From contig JBCCMF010000005.1 of the NCBI GenBank assembly GCA_039026435.1, positions 1 through 34,923 of the forward strand: DNA of 34,923 bases. The letters run 5' to 3'. The DNA is from Bacteroidota bacterium. GTDB lineage: Bacteria; Bacteroidota; Rhodothermia; Rhodothermales; JBCCMF01. Both the position numbers and the translations under genes were made by a program. The notes under the pieces were generated by a model that was given only the letters and a program-made list of their open reading frames with translations, had not been told where the DNA came from and searched no databases. Shown piece by piece: positions 1 to 9,388 of this stretch; the first letter of the stretch is position 1; the number at the start of each line of letters is the position of its first letter.

Positions 1-3000
1 AGCCCCGTCAGGCCCGTCTCATCGACGGCGAGGTTGTTGAAGTTCGCGTCGATGGCGAGTTGGAAGTCGTACGACGTGGCGCCTACGCTGGCCGTCCACC
101 AGATGCGTGGGTTCTGTGCCATCAGGCTACCCTGCGAGCGGTAGTTGAAGGCAACAGGCAGGGGCGCCGCCACCGCGTTGGTGGTGAACTGGAAGGCATC
201 GCTGTAGGCCGAGGTGCCTGCGGGGTTGACGGCTCGGACGCGCCAGTAGTACGTCTGTGAGGCGCTCAGGCCAGTAAAGCTGAACGTAGGCACCAGAGGG
301 GTGCGTGTAAGAAGCCCGGAGGAGAAGCTGCTGTTAGTCGACACCTGGAGCTGGTAGCTCGCCGCGTTGGCAACGGCGCTCCACGTGAACGTCGGGTTGG
401 TGGAAACATCCGTGGCGTTATCGGATGGGGTGAGCAGCGTGGGCGGCCCGGCAGGCGGCGGCGGGTCGTACGTGGTGAACCGCCACACAGGCGACCAGTC
501 CCCCGACGACGTGATGGGGTCGCCGATGAGCCCGCGCACGCGCCACTCGTACGTCGTGTTGACGTTGAGCGTGTTGGTCGTGAAGGTGTTGCCGAGGGGG
601 GTATTCACGCCCGTGGTGAAGTTCAGGATCGCCTCCTCCCAGTCCTGACCCAACGTTCTGACCTGGATCTGGAAGCGATTGGCCCCCGCGATGGCGTTCC
701 AGGTGAACGTGAGCCCCGTCAGCACTTCCGTGGCGCTGTTGGCAGGGAAAGTAAGCATGGGCGTGGCTGGGGAGGGCGGCCCGGTCGTGAAGGACCACGC
801 CGTGGACCACGCGCTGTTGCCCACCGAGCCGAGCGCCATCACGCGCCAGTGGTAGGTGGTGAACGCATCCAGCGACGCCGTGCTGAAGAACGCGGTGGGC
901 GCGCCCGTTGTGGTGTGATCGAGCACCGTGGTGCCGAAGCCCGCATCGCTGCTGACTTGCAGGCGGTACTGGGCGGCTTCGGGGGCGGGCTGCCAGGTGT
1001 AGGTCGGGTACGTGGAGATGCCCGTGGCTTCGTCGGCAGGTGTCAGGAGGGTGGGAGGGGCGTCGGGGATGCCGTCGCCCGTGCTGAACCAGCCCGTGGG
1101 TGAGTAGAGCGAGGGCGTGCCGCTCACATCGCAGAGCGAGCGGATGTAATACGCCGTTTCGAGGCTGAGCCCTGTGATGGGCAACACCTGATCAGCCGAT
1201 CCGGCCACAGCTTGGGTCAACACGATGGTCGAGAACGCATCGTCGGTCGCAATCTCATAGGTGCAGCTGGTGACGTCGTCGAGTTGTTCGCCGGAGACAG
1301 CGTTGCGCACAGCTACGGATCCGTTGATGGGCACACTGCGCGAGCCGTGCGGAGTCGGTATAATGGGAACGTTTGAAGGGCCACCCGCCATGAAGGTACG
1401 GCTCGCTGACCACGGCCCAAAGCCCGTCGGGCCGAGCACACGCACGCGCCAGTGATGCGTCCCTGATTGGTAGAAGTCGTCTCCCGTGAAGGGTTGATTG
1501 GACATGAGGGTACGCGTGTTCTCTTCGTCAAACGTGGCATCAGGCGCCACCTGGACTTGGTAGCGCGTGAAGCTGGCTGAGGGAATCCATGTCCCGAGGA
1601 AGTAAAGCCCAGACGAGTTGCCGTCCTCTGGCCAGAGCAGGCTTATGGTTTCTGTGGGCGCGGGCTCGGTGGTGACCACGAACGACCACGGCGCGCTCCA
1701 GGCGCCCCACGTGGTGCCGCGCCGTGCCTGCACGCGCCAGTAGTACGTGGTGCCTTGGGTGAGGACCGCGGTGAGCGTGTACGTGCGCGGCGTGCTGGTG
1801 TCAGCGGGGTCCGATTCGTTGAAGCTGAGTTGCTGAGCAGCCAGTACAGTAGCAAAGGTGGGGTCCGTGCTTACCTGCACCCAGTAGTGGTTGGCGGCAT
1901 CGAAGGCTTGCCAGCTCAGCGTGTGGTCGATGACGGGGTGGCCGGTGCTGCCGTTGGCGGGGGCGAGCAGCGTGGGGGCGCCGAAGGGCGCCGTGTCGAA
2001 GCGCCAGATGGTGCTCCAGGGGCTGTCGCCGCGCGCGTTCTTGCCGCGCACGCGCCAGTAGTACCGCGTGTCTTCATCCAACGTGGTCGCGAGCGTATGC
2101 GACAAGCCGCTGCCCTCGGCACTCTCCACGAGATTGCCCACATCGTCGAAGAAGAAGCTGCTGCTCGTGCGCGAGATCTGCACTTCGTAGGTGTCTGCAC
2201 TGGCAGAGGCGTTCCACGTCAGCGTGGGCTGAAAGAGGACACCCTCCGCTTGGTTGGCGGGCGAGCCAAGTGTGGGCGCTACGGTGGGCGCATCGGGATG
2301 GGTGCCTCCCGTGGTGAACGTGAAGAACTCCGACCACGGTCCGGCGAGCGGCGGGCCGGGGTTGCTGTCGTCTAGCGCACGCGTGCGCCAGCGGTACGTG
2401 GTCCCTGTGGTGAGCGTGAACGGCACCTCCGCCGCTCCAAAGATCCGGTAGAAGTTCGTGAAAAGTGGCATGACGAGCGCCGTTCCCACAGGGGTGCTCA
2501 TGTCAACCGCGTCGAACACCTGCAGCTCATTGAGCGCATTGGACGCATTGGACCACTGGAACCACGGAAAGCCCGCGTTCCAGTTCGGCGTGCCGTCTGC
2601 AGGGAAAGGCGACATTGAAACGGGCAGGTCTACCTCGGCCGTGGTGAAGCTGAAGACCTGTGACCACGCTCCAACGCCCAGGTTGTTGACGCCGCGCACG
2701 CGCCAGAACCCGGTGCTGCTGACGCCTGCCACGTTCGCATCGGGGGTGCGCGAGGTGTCGGCGATGGCGGCTTCGTCGAGGGTGAGGGTCGTGAAGCCGT
2801 TGTCGGAAGCCACCTGCAGCTGGTACGTCACCGCTTGGTCGGCCGGGTTCCACCGGAAGGCTGGGCGGAGCGCGGTGGCGGTGGCGGCGTCAGCGGGGGA
2901 GGCGAGTATCGGTGCAGGCGGCAGTATGGTGGCCGTTGTCAGGAAGCTGACGGCGCTCCAGTTGCTGACCGTGCCGCCGTTGCGGCTGCGCAGGCGCAGG

Positions 3001-5657
3001 TAGTACAGCGTGTTGGGCGCGAGGCCCATCGCCGTGTAGCTCGTGCCCGTGAGCCCACTCTGGTCGACGGTGGGGGTGCTGTAGTCGGCGTTGGGCGAGA
3101 TCTGGAGGTCGTACGCCGTGGCGAACGGCGTAGCCTGCCACGTCACGGTGGGGGCAACGGCCAAGCCCGTGGTCCCGTCGGTGGGTGCGGTGATGATGGT
3201 GGAGGCGATGCTGTTGGGCGGCTGCAGGTTCGGATACGCCGCCATCATCGAAGCGCCGATGTTGCCGACCTGCGCGAAGTCGCCCACGGCGTAGAGCGTG
3301 CCGCCTGCGAGTGCCATGTCGTTCACCCGTGGGTGCGAGACGACGTCGCGCGGGTCGTTGCGCAGCACTTGGCCGCCTACGTCGCTCCAACTGGAGCCGT
3401 TGAAGTACTTGATGTGGGCCACCTTGGTATCGCCCGTGCTGGCGAAGAGGTCGCCACCGTAGGGTACCAGCAGGTGGACGTTGGTGTCTTCAGGTAGGTT
3501 GCCCACGGCATTCCACCGCGCACCGTCCCAGCGGCCGATGTCGTTCGTGTTGATGCTGCCGCCGCCCCACTTGAGCTGGCTGAACTGCCCGCCGATGTAC
3601 AGGTCGTTGCCTACCACGGCCAGCGTTTCCACGAAATCGGAGAAGCCGTGTACGCCGCTGTTGTTGTTGTCGCTGCCGTAGAGCGCCCAGGCGGTGCCCG
3701 TCCACCGCGCCACGCGCCCGAAGCCCGTCGTCGAGCCGTCGGGGTTGCGCAGGTTGCCGCGCCGACCGCCCACCACGATGGCGCCGCTGGCATCAACGGC
3801 GACCGCCAGCAGCTCGGCCGTGCTGCCGTTGTTGCTGTCGTTGGTGCCGGTCAGGGTGCGCCACTGGCTGGCGGTCGCGTCCCAGACGGCCACCCGCTGC
3901 GTGGGGAGCGTGGCGCCGTCGCTCTGCCGCGCCGTGGTGAAGCTGCCGACGGCCACCAAGTCGCCGTTGGGCAGCACGGTCACATCGTTGACGCGCCCAC
4001 CTAGTCCGTTGCGGCTGCCGTTGCTGCCGTCGCCAAAGGCTTCAAACTGCTGCGTGATCGTGTTCCAGGCCACAATATTGCTGGCCTGGACGGTTTGCTC
4101 GGAGCCTCCGCTCGGATACCTCACGCTCCCGAACTGCCCCGTGATGACGATGCGGTCGCCCCACACGGCCATCGACTCGATGCGCGAGGCGCCGAGCAGA
4201 CTGCCCAGCGCATGCCACTGCTGGTTCACCCGGTCGTAGCGCCCAAAGTTGGCGATGCGCGTGGTGCCGGCATACTCTGCGTAGGCCGCTACGAAGAGGT
4301 CGTTACCACGGGTGGCCATGGCCGCGCCCTGGCGGATGTCGCGGCCTATTTCGAGGCCGTTGTGGGAGGGCGCCGTGCCCAGCACGGTCCACATGGTGTT
4401 GGTGCCATCCCAGCGCAGGATATGGTCGGCCCAGACCTCGGTGCCGTCGGGTTGGAAGCCGGTGACGAAGGCGCCGAACACGATCAGGTCGTCGCCGTCG
4501 GCAAAGCCGCCGCGTGGGGTGAGCTGCGCGTTGATGTCGCGCACGGCCAACCCTGCGGATCCGGGCAGTGCGGCGCCCCACGTCAAAGTGCTAGCCGTCC
4601 AGCGTGCCATCCCGTTGCCTGTGGTGGAGCCGACCGCGATGAGGTCGTTGTTGTTCTGGTCGAGGAAGAAGCCGACCCGCCCGCCGGTGCCGCCGCTCAG
4701 GTTGCTCCACACGCCGTTGTTCCAACCGCCCACGTTGGTGAGGCTGACCGTAGTGCCATCGGCGTTGTAGCCCACGCCAAACGACACGTACACGTACAAC
4801 GTGCCGTCTGCGGCGCGCTTGAGGTCGAGTACTGAGCCTTGCACCCCGTTACGGGTGGCATTGCTGCCGTCGCCGAGCGCCGACAGCGTGCTAGTGGACG
4901 GTGTCCACCGGCCCAGGCGGCTCAGCGACACGGTAGTCCCTGCAGACGGGTAGCCCTCCGTGAAAGCCCCGCCGAAGATGAGGCTCCCATCGGTGTCGAA
5001 GGCCAAGGCGCTGACCACGCTGTTGACGCCGTTGTCGGTGGCGGTGGCGCCCACACCCAAGGCATGCCACGTCTGGTTCGTATAGTCGAACCGCGCCAGG
5101 CGGCTCGCCCGCACCTCAGCCCCGTTGATCCGCACACTCGTGAAGCCACCGCCGATGTAGATCTGGTCGTTGGCGTCGATGGCGACGGCGCTGACCAGGC
5201 TGTTGGCGCCCCACTGGTTGCCTTGGGTCGTCTCTTGCCCCACCGAGCGCCAGCGGCCTGCCGCCTCATCCCAACGTGCCATGCGCCCCGAGTTAAACCA
5301 ACTCCCCGTGGTACTGTAGACGGATCCTACCTGGCCAACGATAACTGGGCTGCCGTCTGACAGGAAGTCGAGGTCGTGTACTTCGCCGATGACACCCAGG
5401 CCCAGGGCTTCCCACGCGTTCGTCGTGGTGTTCCAGCGGGCGATGTTGCGCGTGTTCGGGATGCTGTTGATGGTGAAGAAGCGGCCGCCCACGTAGTAGT
5501 GCCCATCGGGGCCTTGCTTGGCGACGAACACCTCGCCTTGTACGCCGAGCCGGGTGAACTCGGTGGTCCAGGCGTTAGCGTTGGTGTATTGGGCCTGGGC
5601 TGAAGCAGGAAAGATGGCAAGGGCAACGAGCAGAACGGCAAACGCGAAGCGACGCAT
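1..5657 (-). CDS. Very large secreted cell-surface repeat protein. N-terminal signal peptide, then a roughly 900-aa region of degenerate beta-propeller-like repeats, then at least 10 tandem FN3-like modules of about 95 aa. The 3' end (C-terminus) runs past the window edge; more than 1885 aa are visible.
   Basis: ATG at 5657-5655 opens an uninterrupted minus-strand frame that runs out of the window at position 1. The gene is absent from the ORF track, which fits with no in-window stop. The N-terminus MRRFAFAVLLVALAIFPASAQA-QYTN is a classic Sec signal with an AQA cleavage site. The 5657-3000 region has recurring ...G(G/A)xF......ARW(D/N)...W..LG... repeat units. The 3000-1 region repeats the module PTLxSPA(D/N)GAT...TF(T/S)W...A..YQLQVS.D..F......T.YYWRVRA.N..G.S.WS..W.F.T, which is FN3-like. 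A manual translation of 1-122 gives ...MAQNPRIWWTASVGATSYDFQLAIDANFNNLAVDETGTLTG, in frame and with no stops. Confidence 0.8.
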   Translation of the reverse strand, partial: MRRFAFAVLLVALAIFPASAQAQYTNANAWTTEFTRLGVQGEVFVAKQGPDGHYYVGGRFFTINSIPNTRNIARWNTTTNAWEALGLGVIGEVHDLDFLSDGSPVIVGQVGSVYSTTGSWFNSGRMARWDEAAGRWRSVGQETTQGNQWGANSLVSAVAIDANDQIYIGGGFTSVRINGAEVRASRLARFDYTNQTWHALGVGATATDNGVNSVVSALAFDTDGSLIFGGAFTEGYPSAGTTVSLSRLGRWTPSTSTLSALGDGSNATRNGVQGSVLDLKRAADGTLYVYVSFGVGYNADGTTVSLTNVGGWNNGVWSNLSGGTGGRVGFFLDQNNNDLIAVGSTTGNGMARWTASTLTWGAALPGSAGLAVRDINAQLTPRGGFADGDDLIVFGAFVTGFQPDGTEVWADHILRWDGTNTMWTVLGTAPSHNGLEIGRDIRQGAAMATRGNDLFVAAYAEYAGTTRIANFGRYDRVNQQWHALGSLLGASRIESMAVWGDRIVITGQFGSVRYPSGGSEQTVQASNIVAWNTITQQFEAFGDGSNGSRNGLGGRVNDVTVLPNGDLVAVGSFTTARQSDGATLPTQRVAVWDATASQWRTLTGTNDSNNGSTAELLAVAVDASGAIVVGGRRGNLRNPDGSTTGFGRVARWTGTAWALYGSDNNNSGVHGFSDFVETLAVVGNDLYIGGQFSQLKWGGGSINTNDIGRWDGARWNAVGNLPEDTNVHLLVPYGGDLFASTGDTKVAHIKYFNGSSWSDVGGQVLRNDPRDVVSHPRVNDMALAGGTLYAVGDFAQVGNIGASMMAAYPNLQPPNSIASTIITAPTDGTTGLAVAPTVTWQATPFATAYDLQISPNADYSTPTVDQSGLTGTSYTAMGLAPNTLYYLRLRSRNGGTVSNWSAVSFLTTATILPPAPILASPADAATATALRPAFRWNPADQAVTYQLQVASDNGFTTLTLDEAAIADTSRTPDANVAGVSSTGFWRVRGVNNLGVGAWSQVFSFTTAEVDLPVSMSPFPADGTPNWNAGFPWFQWSNASNALNELQVFDAVDMSTPVGTALVMPLFTNFYRIFGAAEVPFTLTTGTTYRWRTRALDDSNPGPPLAGPWSEFFTFTTGGTHPDAPTVAPTLGSPANQAEGVLFQPTLTWNASASADTYEVQISRTSSSFFFDDVGNLVESAEGSGLSHTLATTLDEDTRYYWRVRGKNARGDSPWSTIWRFDTAPFGAPTLLAPANGSTGHPVIDHTLSWQAFDAANHYWVQVSTDPTFATVLAAQQLSFNESDPADTSTPRTYTLTAVLTQGTTYYWRVQARRGTTWGAWSAPWSFVVTTEPAPTETISLLWPEDGNSSGLYFLGTWIPSASFTRYQVQVAPDATFDEENTRTLMSNQPFTGDDFYQSGTHHWRVRVLGPTGFGPWSASRTFMAGGPSNVPIIPTPHGSRSVPINGSVAVRNAVSGEQLDDVTSCTYEIATDDAFSTIVLTQAVAGSADQVLPITGLSLETAYYIRSLCDVSGTPSLYSPTGWFSTGDGIPDAPPTLLTPADEATGISTYPTYTWQPAPEAAQYRLQVSSDAGFGTTVLDHTTTGAPTAFFSTASLDAFTTYHWRVMALGSVGNSAWSTAWSFTTGPPSPATPMLTFPANSATEVLTGLTFTWNAIAGANRFQIQVRTLGQDWEEAILNFTTGVNTPLGNTFTTNTLNVNTTYEWRVRGLIGDPITSSGDWSPVWRFTTYDPPPPAGPPTLLTPSDNATDVSTNPTFTWSAVANAASYQLQVSTNSSFSSGLLTRTPLVPTFSFTGLSASQTYYWRVRAVNPAGTSAYSDAFQFTTNAVAAPLPVAFNYRSQGSLMAQNPRIWWTASVGATSYDFQLAIDANFNNLAVDETGLTG

Positions 5658-5828
5658 AGCGATGGCAAGAGGTTAGCCAGCAGGGAAATGTGAGACCCAA
5701 CCTAGCCGTACCCGCCGCTCTCCCCAATCCCCGGATGGTGGTAATCTGCCAGTGTTGGCGCCGCCTTGCTTATGGTTCGACGAACGGCTATCATCAGTCG
5801 ATCATCCGCTAGCTTAAGATCAGCGTGC

Positions 5829-7883
5829 ATGCCCGATGTGAAGCCGGTCCTGCTCATCGCCGGGGCCGAGGCCGCCTACCGCCAGTCGGTCTGTGCGATG
5901 GCCCCAGCCACCTACCGTATCGTGGAGGCCAACACCATCGAGGCAGCAGGCGATGCCGTGCTGCAGCACCATCCCGATGTCGCGGTGATCGTCTACGACG
6001 GGACGGACGGCGATGCGCTCCTCCGCCGCCTGCGCCTGATGGCGGCCCGCGAGCCGCTCGGCATCGTCGCTGTCATGCCCAGCGGCACGACGCGCCAGGT
6101 GGTAGACGCCGTGCAGGCGGGCGCCGACGACGTGCTGGTGGCCCCCCAGGCCGAGGCCTTGCGCGACGCGCTATCGGCGGCGCAGATGGGCCGCACCGCC
6201 GAGGCCCACCGCCGCGCCGACCGCCAACTGCGCCGCCGCGAGGCGGAGGCATATATGCAGCGGACCACGCACCGCATCGCGCGGTGGGAGTGGCACCTGG
6301 CCACGGGCGTCCAGACGTGGTCGGCCAGCACCTACGCGCTCCTCGGCTACGACGCGGCCACCACCACGCCCTCGTTCGAGGCGTTCATGGCGCGCATCCA
6401 CCCCGGCGACCGGGCGATGGTACAGCGCGTGACAGACCACATGCTGGAGACCGAGACGCCGCGCCCCATCGAGTACCGCCTCCGCTATCCCGATGGCCGC
6501 GAGGCTCAGGTCTATGCCGACTGCGAGTTGGTGCGCGACGCCAACGGCCAGGCGGAGCGGTTGGTCGGGCTCGTGATCGACATGACGGCGCGCAACCTGT
6601 CGCATCAGCACCTGGAGAAGTACGCCGCGCAGGCGGGCCTGCTGCAAGAGTTCTCGCGCGTGCTGCAAGAGCACGGCCGCGACCTCCAGGGCGTGCTCGA
6701 TGCCATTGTGCGGGAGGTGGCCGGGCGGCTGGGCTACACCTGTGTCATCCTGCTGAAGGAGAAGGACGATCGCCTAAACCCTGTGGCCTATCAGCACCCC
6801 GAGGCCAGTGGGCAAGCGTTCACGCGCAAGCTGTTTGCCGAGGCCGAAGTCTACGCGGATCGCGGCGTGTATGCGCCCGTCTTCGCCGAGGGCACGCCCG
6901 TAGTGATGATGAACGTAGACCCGGTGGCGTACCGCGCGCAGGTCCAGCCCGACGTACGCCCTTACCTCGACAAGTACGGCGTGGACAGCATCATCCTGGC
7001 GCCCATGCGCGTGGGCGGCGAGATCATCGGCAGCTTCGACATCGTGCGGCACCGCCCCGACCGCTGGCTCAGCGAGGACGATGTGCCGTTCGTGCAAAAC
7101 CTCGCCGACCGCGCCTCGATGGCCATCGAAAATGCGCAGCTCTTCAACGAGCTGCACGCCATCCGGGCCGCGCTGGAGCAGAAGGTGCAAGACCTCAACC
7201 AGTTCGCCTACATCGCCTCGCACGACCTGAAGGCGCCGTTGCGCACCATCAACGGCTTCGTCCGGCTCATCGAGAAGCGCCACGGCGAGGTCGCAGCGCA
7301 AGCCAGCGACTACTTCGACTTCATCAAGGGCGCCACCCAAGACATGCAGGCCCTCATCGACGACCTGCTGCTCTTCTCGCGCGCGAGCAATCGCCCCCTG
7401 AACCTCAACACGATTGACCTCAACGAGGTCATAGACCCTGTGCTGCGGATGCTCAACAGCACCATCGAGGCGAAGCAAGCGACCGTCATGGTGGACCCGC
7501 TGCCTGTGGTCTTTGGCGACGCGCGGTACCTGAAGCAGGTCTTCCAAAACCTCATCGGCAACGCCCTCAAGTTCAGCCGCGATCAGGTCGCGCCCTTCAT
7601 CACCATATCGGCGCAAGCGGAGGGCCCGCGCTGGCGCATCCGCATCGCCGACAATGGCATCGGCATCGAGGCGAAGGCGTTTGAGCGCATCTTCCAGATC
7701 TTCCAGCGGCTGCACACCGCCGATGAGTACGAGGGCACGGGCATCGGCTTGGCCCTGGCGGCGAAGATCATGGAGCGCCACGGCGGCCGCATCAGCGTCG
7801 CCTCGGAGCTAGGCGTGGGTAGCACCTTCACGCTCACGTTCTTCAACGCAGGTACCGACGGCGCGCAGGCCGTACTGGGCTAA
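5829..7883 (+). CDS. Hybrid sensor histidine kinase: N-terminal receiver-like domain, PAS, GAF, HisKA and HATPase_c domains.
   Basis: PAS region (WHLATGVQTWSASTYALLGYD...). GAF region. H-box IASHDLKAPLRTINGF. C-terminal HATPase_c N/G boxes (NLIGNALKFS..., GTGIGLALA). The longest ORF starts at ATG 5766. The in-frame ATG at 5829 (MPDVKPVLLIAGAE) sits right before the receiver-like fold, so it is preferred. Confidence 0.85.
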   Translation: MPDVKPVLLIAGAEAAYRQSVCAMAPATYRIVEANTIEAAGDAVLQHHPDVAVIVYDGTDGDALLRRLRLMAAREPLGIVAVMPSGTTRQVVDAVQAGADDVLVAPQAEALRDALSAAQMGRTAEAHRRADRQLRRREAEAYMQRTTHRIARWEWHLATGVQTWSASTYALLGYDAATTTPSFEAFMARIHPGDRAMVQRVTDHMLETETPRPIEYRLRYPDGREAQVYADCELVRDANGQAERLVGLVIDMTARNLSHQHLEKYAAQAGLLQEFSRVLQEHGRDLQGVLDAIVREVAGRLGYTCVILLKEKDDRLNPVAYQHPEASGQAFTRKLFAEAEVYADRGVYAPVFAEGTPVVMMNVDPVAYRAQVQPDVRPYLDKYGVDSIILAPMRVGGEIIGSFDIVRHRPDRWLSEDDVPFVQNLADRASMAIENAQLFNELHAIRAALEQKVQDLNQFAYIASHDLKAPLRTINGFVRLIEKRHGEVAAQASDYFDFIKGATQDMQALIDDLLLFSRASNRPLNLNTIDLNEVIDPVLRMLNSTIEAKQATVMVDPLPVVFGDARYLKQVFQNLIGNALKFSRDQVAPFITISAQAEGPRWRIRIADNGIGIEAKAFERIFQIFQRLHTADEYEGTGIGLALAAKIMERHGGRISVASELGVGSTFTLTFFNAGTDGAQAVLG

Positions 7884-7996
7884 GGCCTTGACCGGAAAAC
7901 GTCTTCTCGGGAAAAGGTAGCAAAGTGCCGCGCGGCGCGGATACATCTGCGCAGGCTGACGTTTAGAGCGCTCCACCATGCCGAGCTGAGGTACCG

Positions 7997-9187
7997 ATGA
8001 AGCAGGAGATTGCGCCCACCGATTGGGCGAACTGGCGCTGGCACATGCGCAACCGCGTCCACTCGCCAGACGCCTTGGCCCAGTGGGTCATGCCCACCGA
8101 GAACGAGCTGGCCGCCATCGAGGCCACGCGTGGCATCTTCCGGTGGAACATCACGCCTTACTACGCCAGCCTGATGGACCCGCACGACCCCACGTGCCCC
8201 ATCCGCCGCCAGGTGGTGCCTACCATGCCCGAGATGCAGCCGGACATCGTGGGCGTGGAGGACCCGTTGGAGGAGGTCGCCCACTCGCCCGTCAAGAACC
8301 TCATCCACAACTACGGCGACCGCGTAGCGTTCTGCGTCACCAGCGAGTGCGCCATCTACTGCCGCTACTGCCTGCGCAAGCGCATGGTGGGCGACGCCAG
8401 CTTCATGATGCGCAAGCGCGAGCTGCAAGAGGGCATCGACTACCTGGCCGCGCACCCCGAGATCCGCGATGTACTGCTCACGGGCGGCGACCCGCTCACG
8501 TACAGCGAGAAGAACCTCGAATGGATCTTGAGCCGCCTGCGCGCGATTCCGCACATCGAGATCATCCGCATCGGGTCGCGCATGCTGGTCAAGCTGCCGC
8601 AGCGCATCACGCCGGAGCTGTGTGCGACGCTGGAGCGCTACCATCCGCTGTGGATCAACACCCACTTCAATCATCCCAAAGAGCTCACCGCCGAAGCGGC
8701 GGCGGCTGTCGATCGGCTGACGCGTGCGGGCATTCCGGTTGGCAATCAGACGGTGCTGTTGCGTGGCATCAACGACGATGTGGCCACAATGAAGGCGCTG
8801 TGCGAAGGGCTGGTGCGCCTGCGCGTGCGGCCGTACTACTTGTACCAAGCGCAGCTGATTGGCGGGACGGCGCACCTGCGCACGTCGATCGAGAAGGGGA
8901 TGGAGATCGTGAGGGCGCTACGAGGTCGGACGTCCGGCTATGCGATTCCGGTGTATGTGCTCGACACGCCCTACGGCAAGGTGCCGCTTAACCAGTCGTA
9001 TGTCTTGGGCCGCTCGGGGCGCCATGTGGTGATGAATACCTACCAAGACCGCCTCTGGGCCGAGCCGAACCCGATACCCGAGGGCGAGACGACCACGTTT
9101 GCGCTACCCGAAATTGAGATGCCGGACGAGGCGACGACGATTCCGACAGGGGCGCCTACGTTCGTACCTACGCCTTTGCCTGCTTAG
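7997..9187 (+). CDS. kamA: KamA-family radical SAM enzyme (lysine 2,3-aminomutase-like) with a C-terminal Pro/Thr/Glu-rich tail.
   Basis: CxxxCxxC radical-SAM motif (CAIYCRYCLRKR). The N-terminal region matches the KamA-family pattern (NWRWHMRNRV..., ITPYYASLMDP.DP.CPIRRQVVPT). PLP-binding region present. Length 396 aa. The last 40 aa or so (EPNPIPEGETTTFALPEIEMPDEATTIPTGAPTFVPTPLPA) are low-complexity. Confidence 0.85.
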   Translation: MKQEIAPTDWANWRWHMRNRVHSPDALAQWVMPTENELAAIEATRGIFRWNITPYYASLMDPHDPTCPIRRQVVPTMPEMQPDIVGVEDPLEEVAHSPVKNLIHNYGDRVAFCVTSECAIYCRYCLRKRMVGDASFMMRKRELQEGIDYLAAHPEIRDVLLTGGDPLTYSEKNLEWILSRLRAIPHIEIIRIGSRMLVKLPQRITPELCATLERYHPLWINTHFNHPKELTAEAAAAVDRLTRAGIPVGNQTVLLRGINDDVATMKALCEGLVRLRVRPYYLYQAQLIGGTAHLRTSIEKGMEIVRALRGRTSGYAIPVYVLDTPYGKVPLNQSYVLGRSGRHVVMNTYQDRLWAEPNPIPEGETTTFALPEIEMPDEATTIPTGAPTFVPTPLPA

Positions 9188-9228
9188 AAAGACTCATACC
9201 AGTTCTGGGAGATGATTGTGCGATCGAG

Positions 9229-9336
9229 GTTGTCATCCCGAGCAGAGGCCGCAGGCCGGAGCCGAGGGATCTCCCACTTTGAGGTTGTGCAAAACGCACA
9301 CGGGGGAGATCCCTCGACTTCGCTCGGGATGACAAA
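9229..9336. repeat. Imperfect palindromic (inverted-repeat) element, about 108 bp, REP/MITE-like. Its arms are TTGTCATCCCGAGC...CGAGGGATCTCCC and the reverse complement.
   Basis: Left arm at 9230-9274 and right arm at 9302-9335 are inverted copies of a roughly 32-nt unit, TTGTCATCCCGAGCGAAGTCGAGGGATCTCCC. The left arm carries a 19-nt insertion. A partial third copy of the 15-nt core lies at 34518-34532. Confidence 0.6.
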
Positions 9337-9388
9337 TTTAGACGGTGTGCTGCACCCCCAATTGCCAGAGTTGGTACAGGACTACGGC

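Noticed and set aside
60-5668. Dozens of 60-250-aa ORFs on both strands within the first 5.7 kb, such as 4095..4835 (+), 2835..3497 (+) and 5327..5668 (-).
   Set aside because: All lie inside or opposite the single uninterrupted minus-strand frame that starts with a bona fide signal peptide at 5657. That frame alone shows periodic domain repeats.
5825-7417. 530-aa plus-strand ORF, an alternative frame inside the sensor kinase.
   Set aside because: It is extremely Arg/Gly/Pro/Ala-rich (RRGRGRLPP...), a frame-shifted reading of the kinase gene. The kinase frame carries all conserved domains.
7925-7945. Perfect GC palindrome CCGCGCGGCGCGG between the kinase and kamA, as a possible terminator.
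   Set aside because: The stem would have a 1-3-nt loop and no U-tract. Palindromes of this kind occur by chance in 66%-GC DNA. It is not reported as a feature.
7880-8875. 331-aa minus-strand ORF antisense to kamA.
   Set aside because: It overlaps the well-supported KamA gene entirely. Its Arg/Ala/His/Gln-rich composition is typical of antisense frames in high-GC DNA, and it has no motifs.
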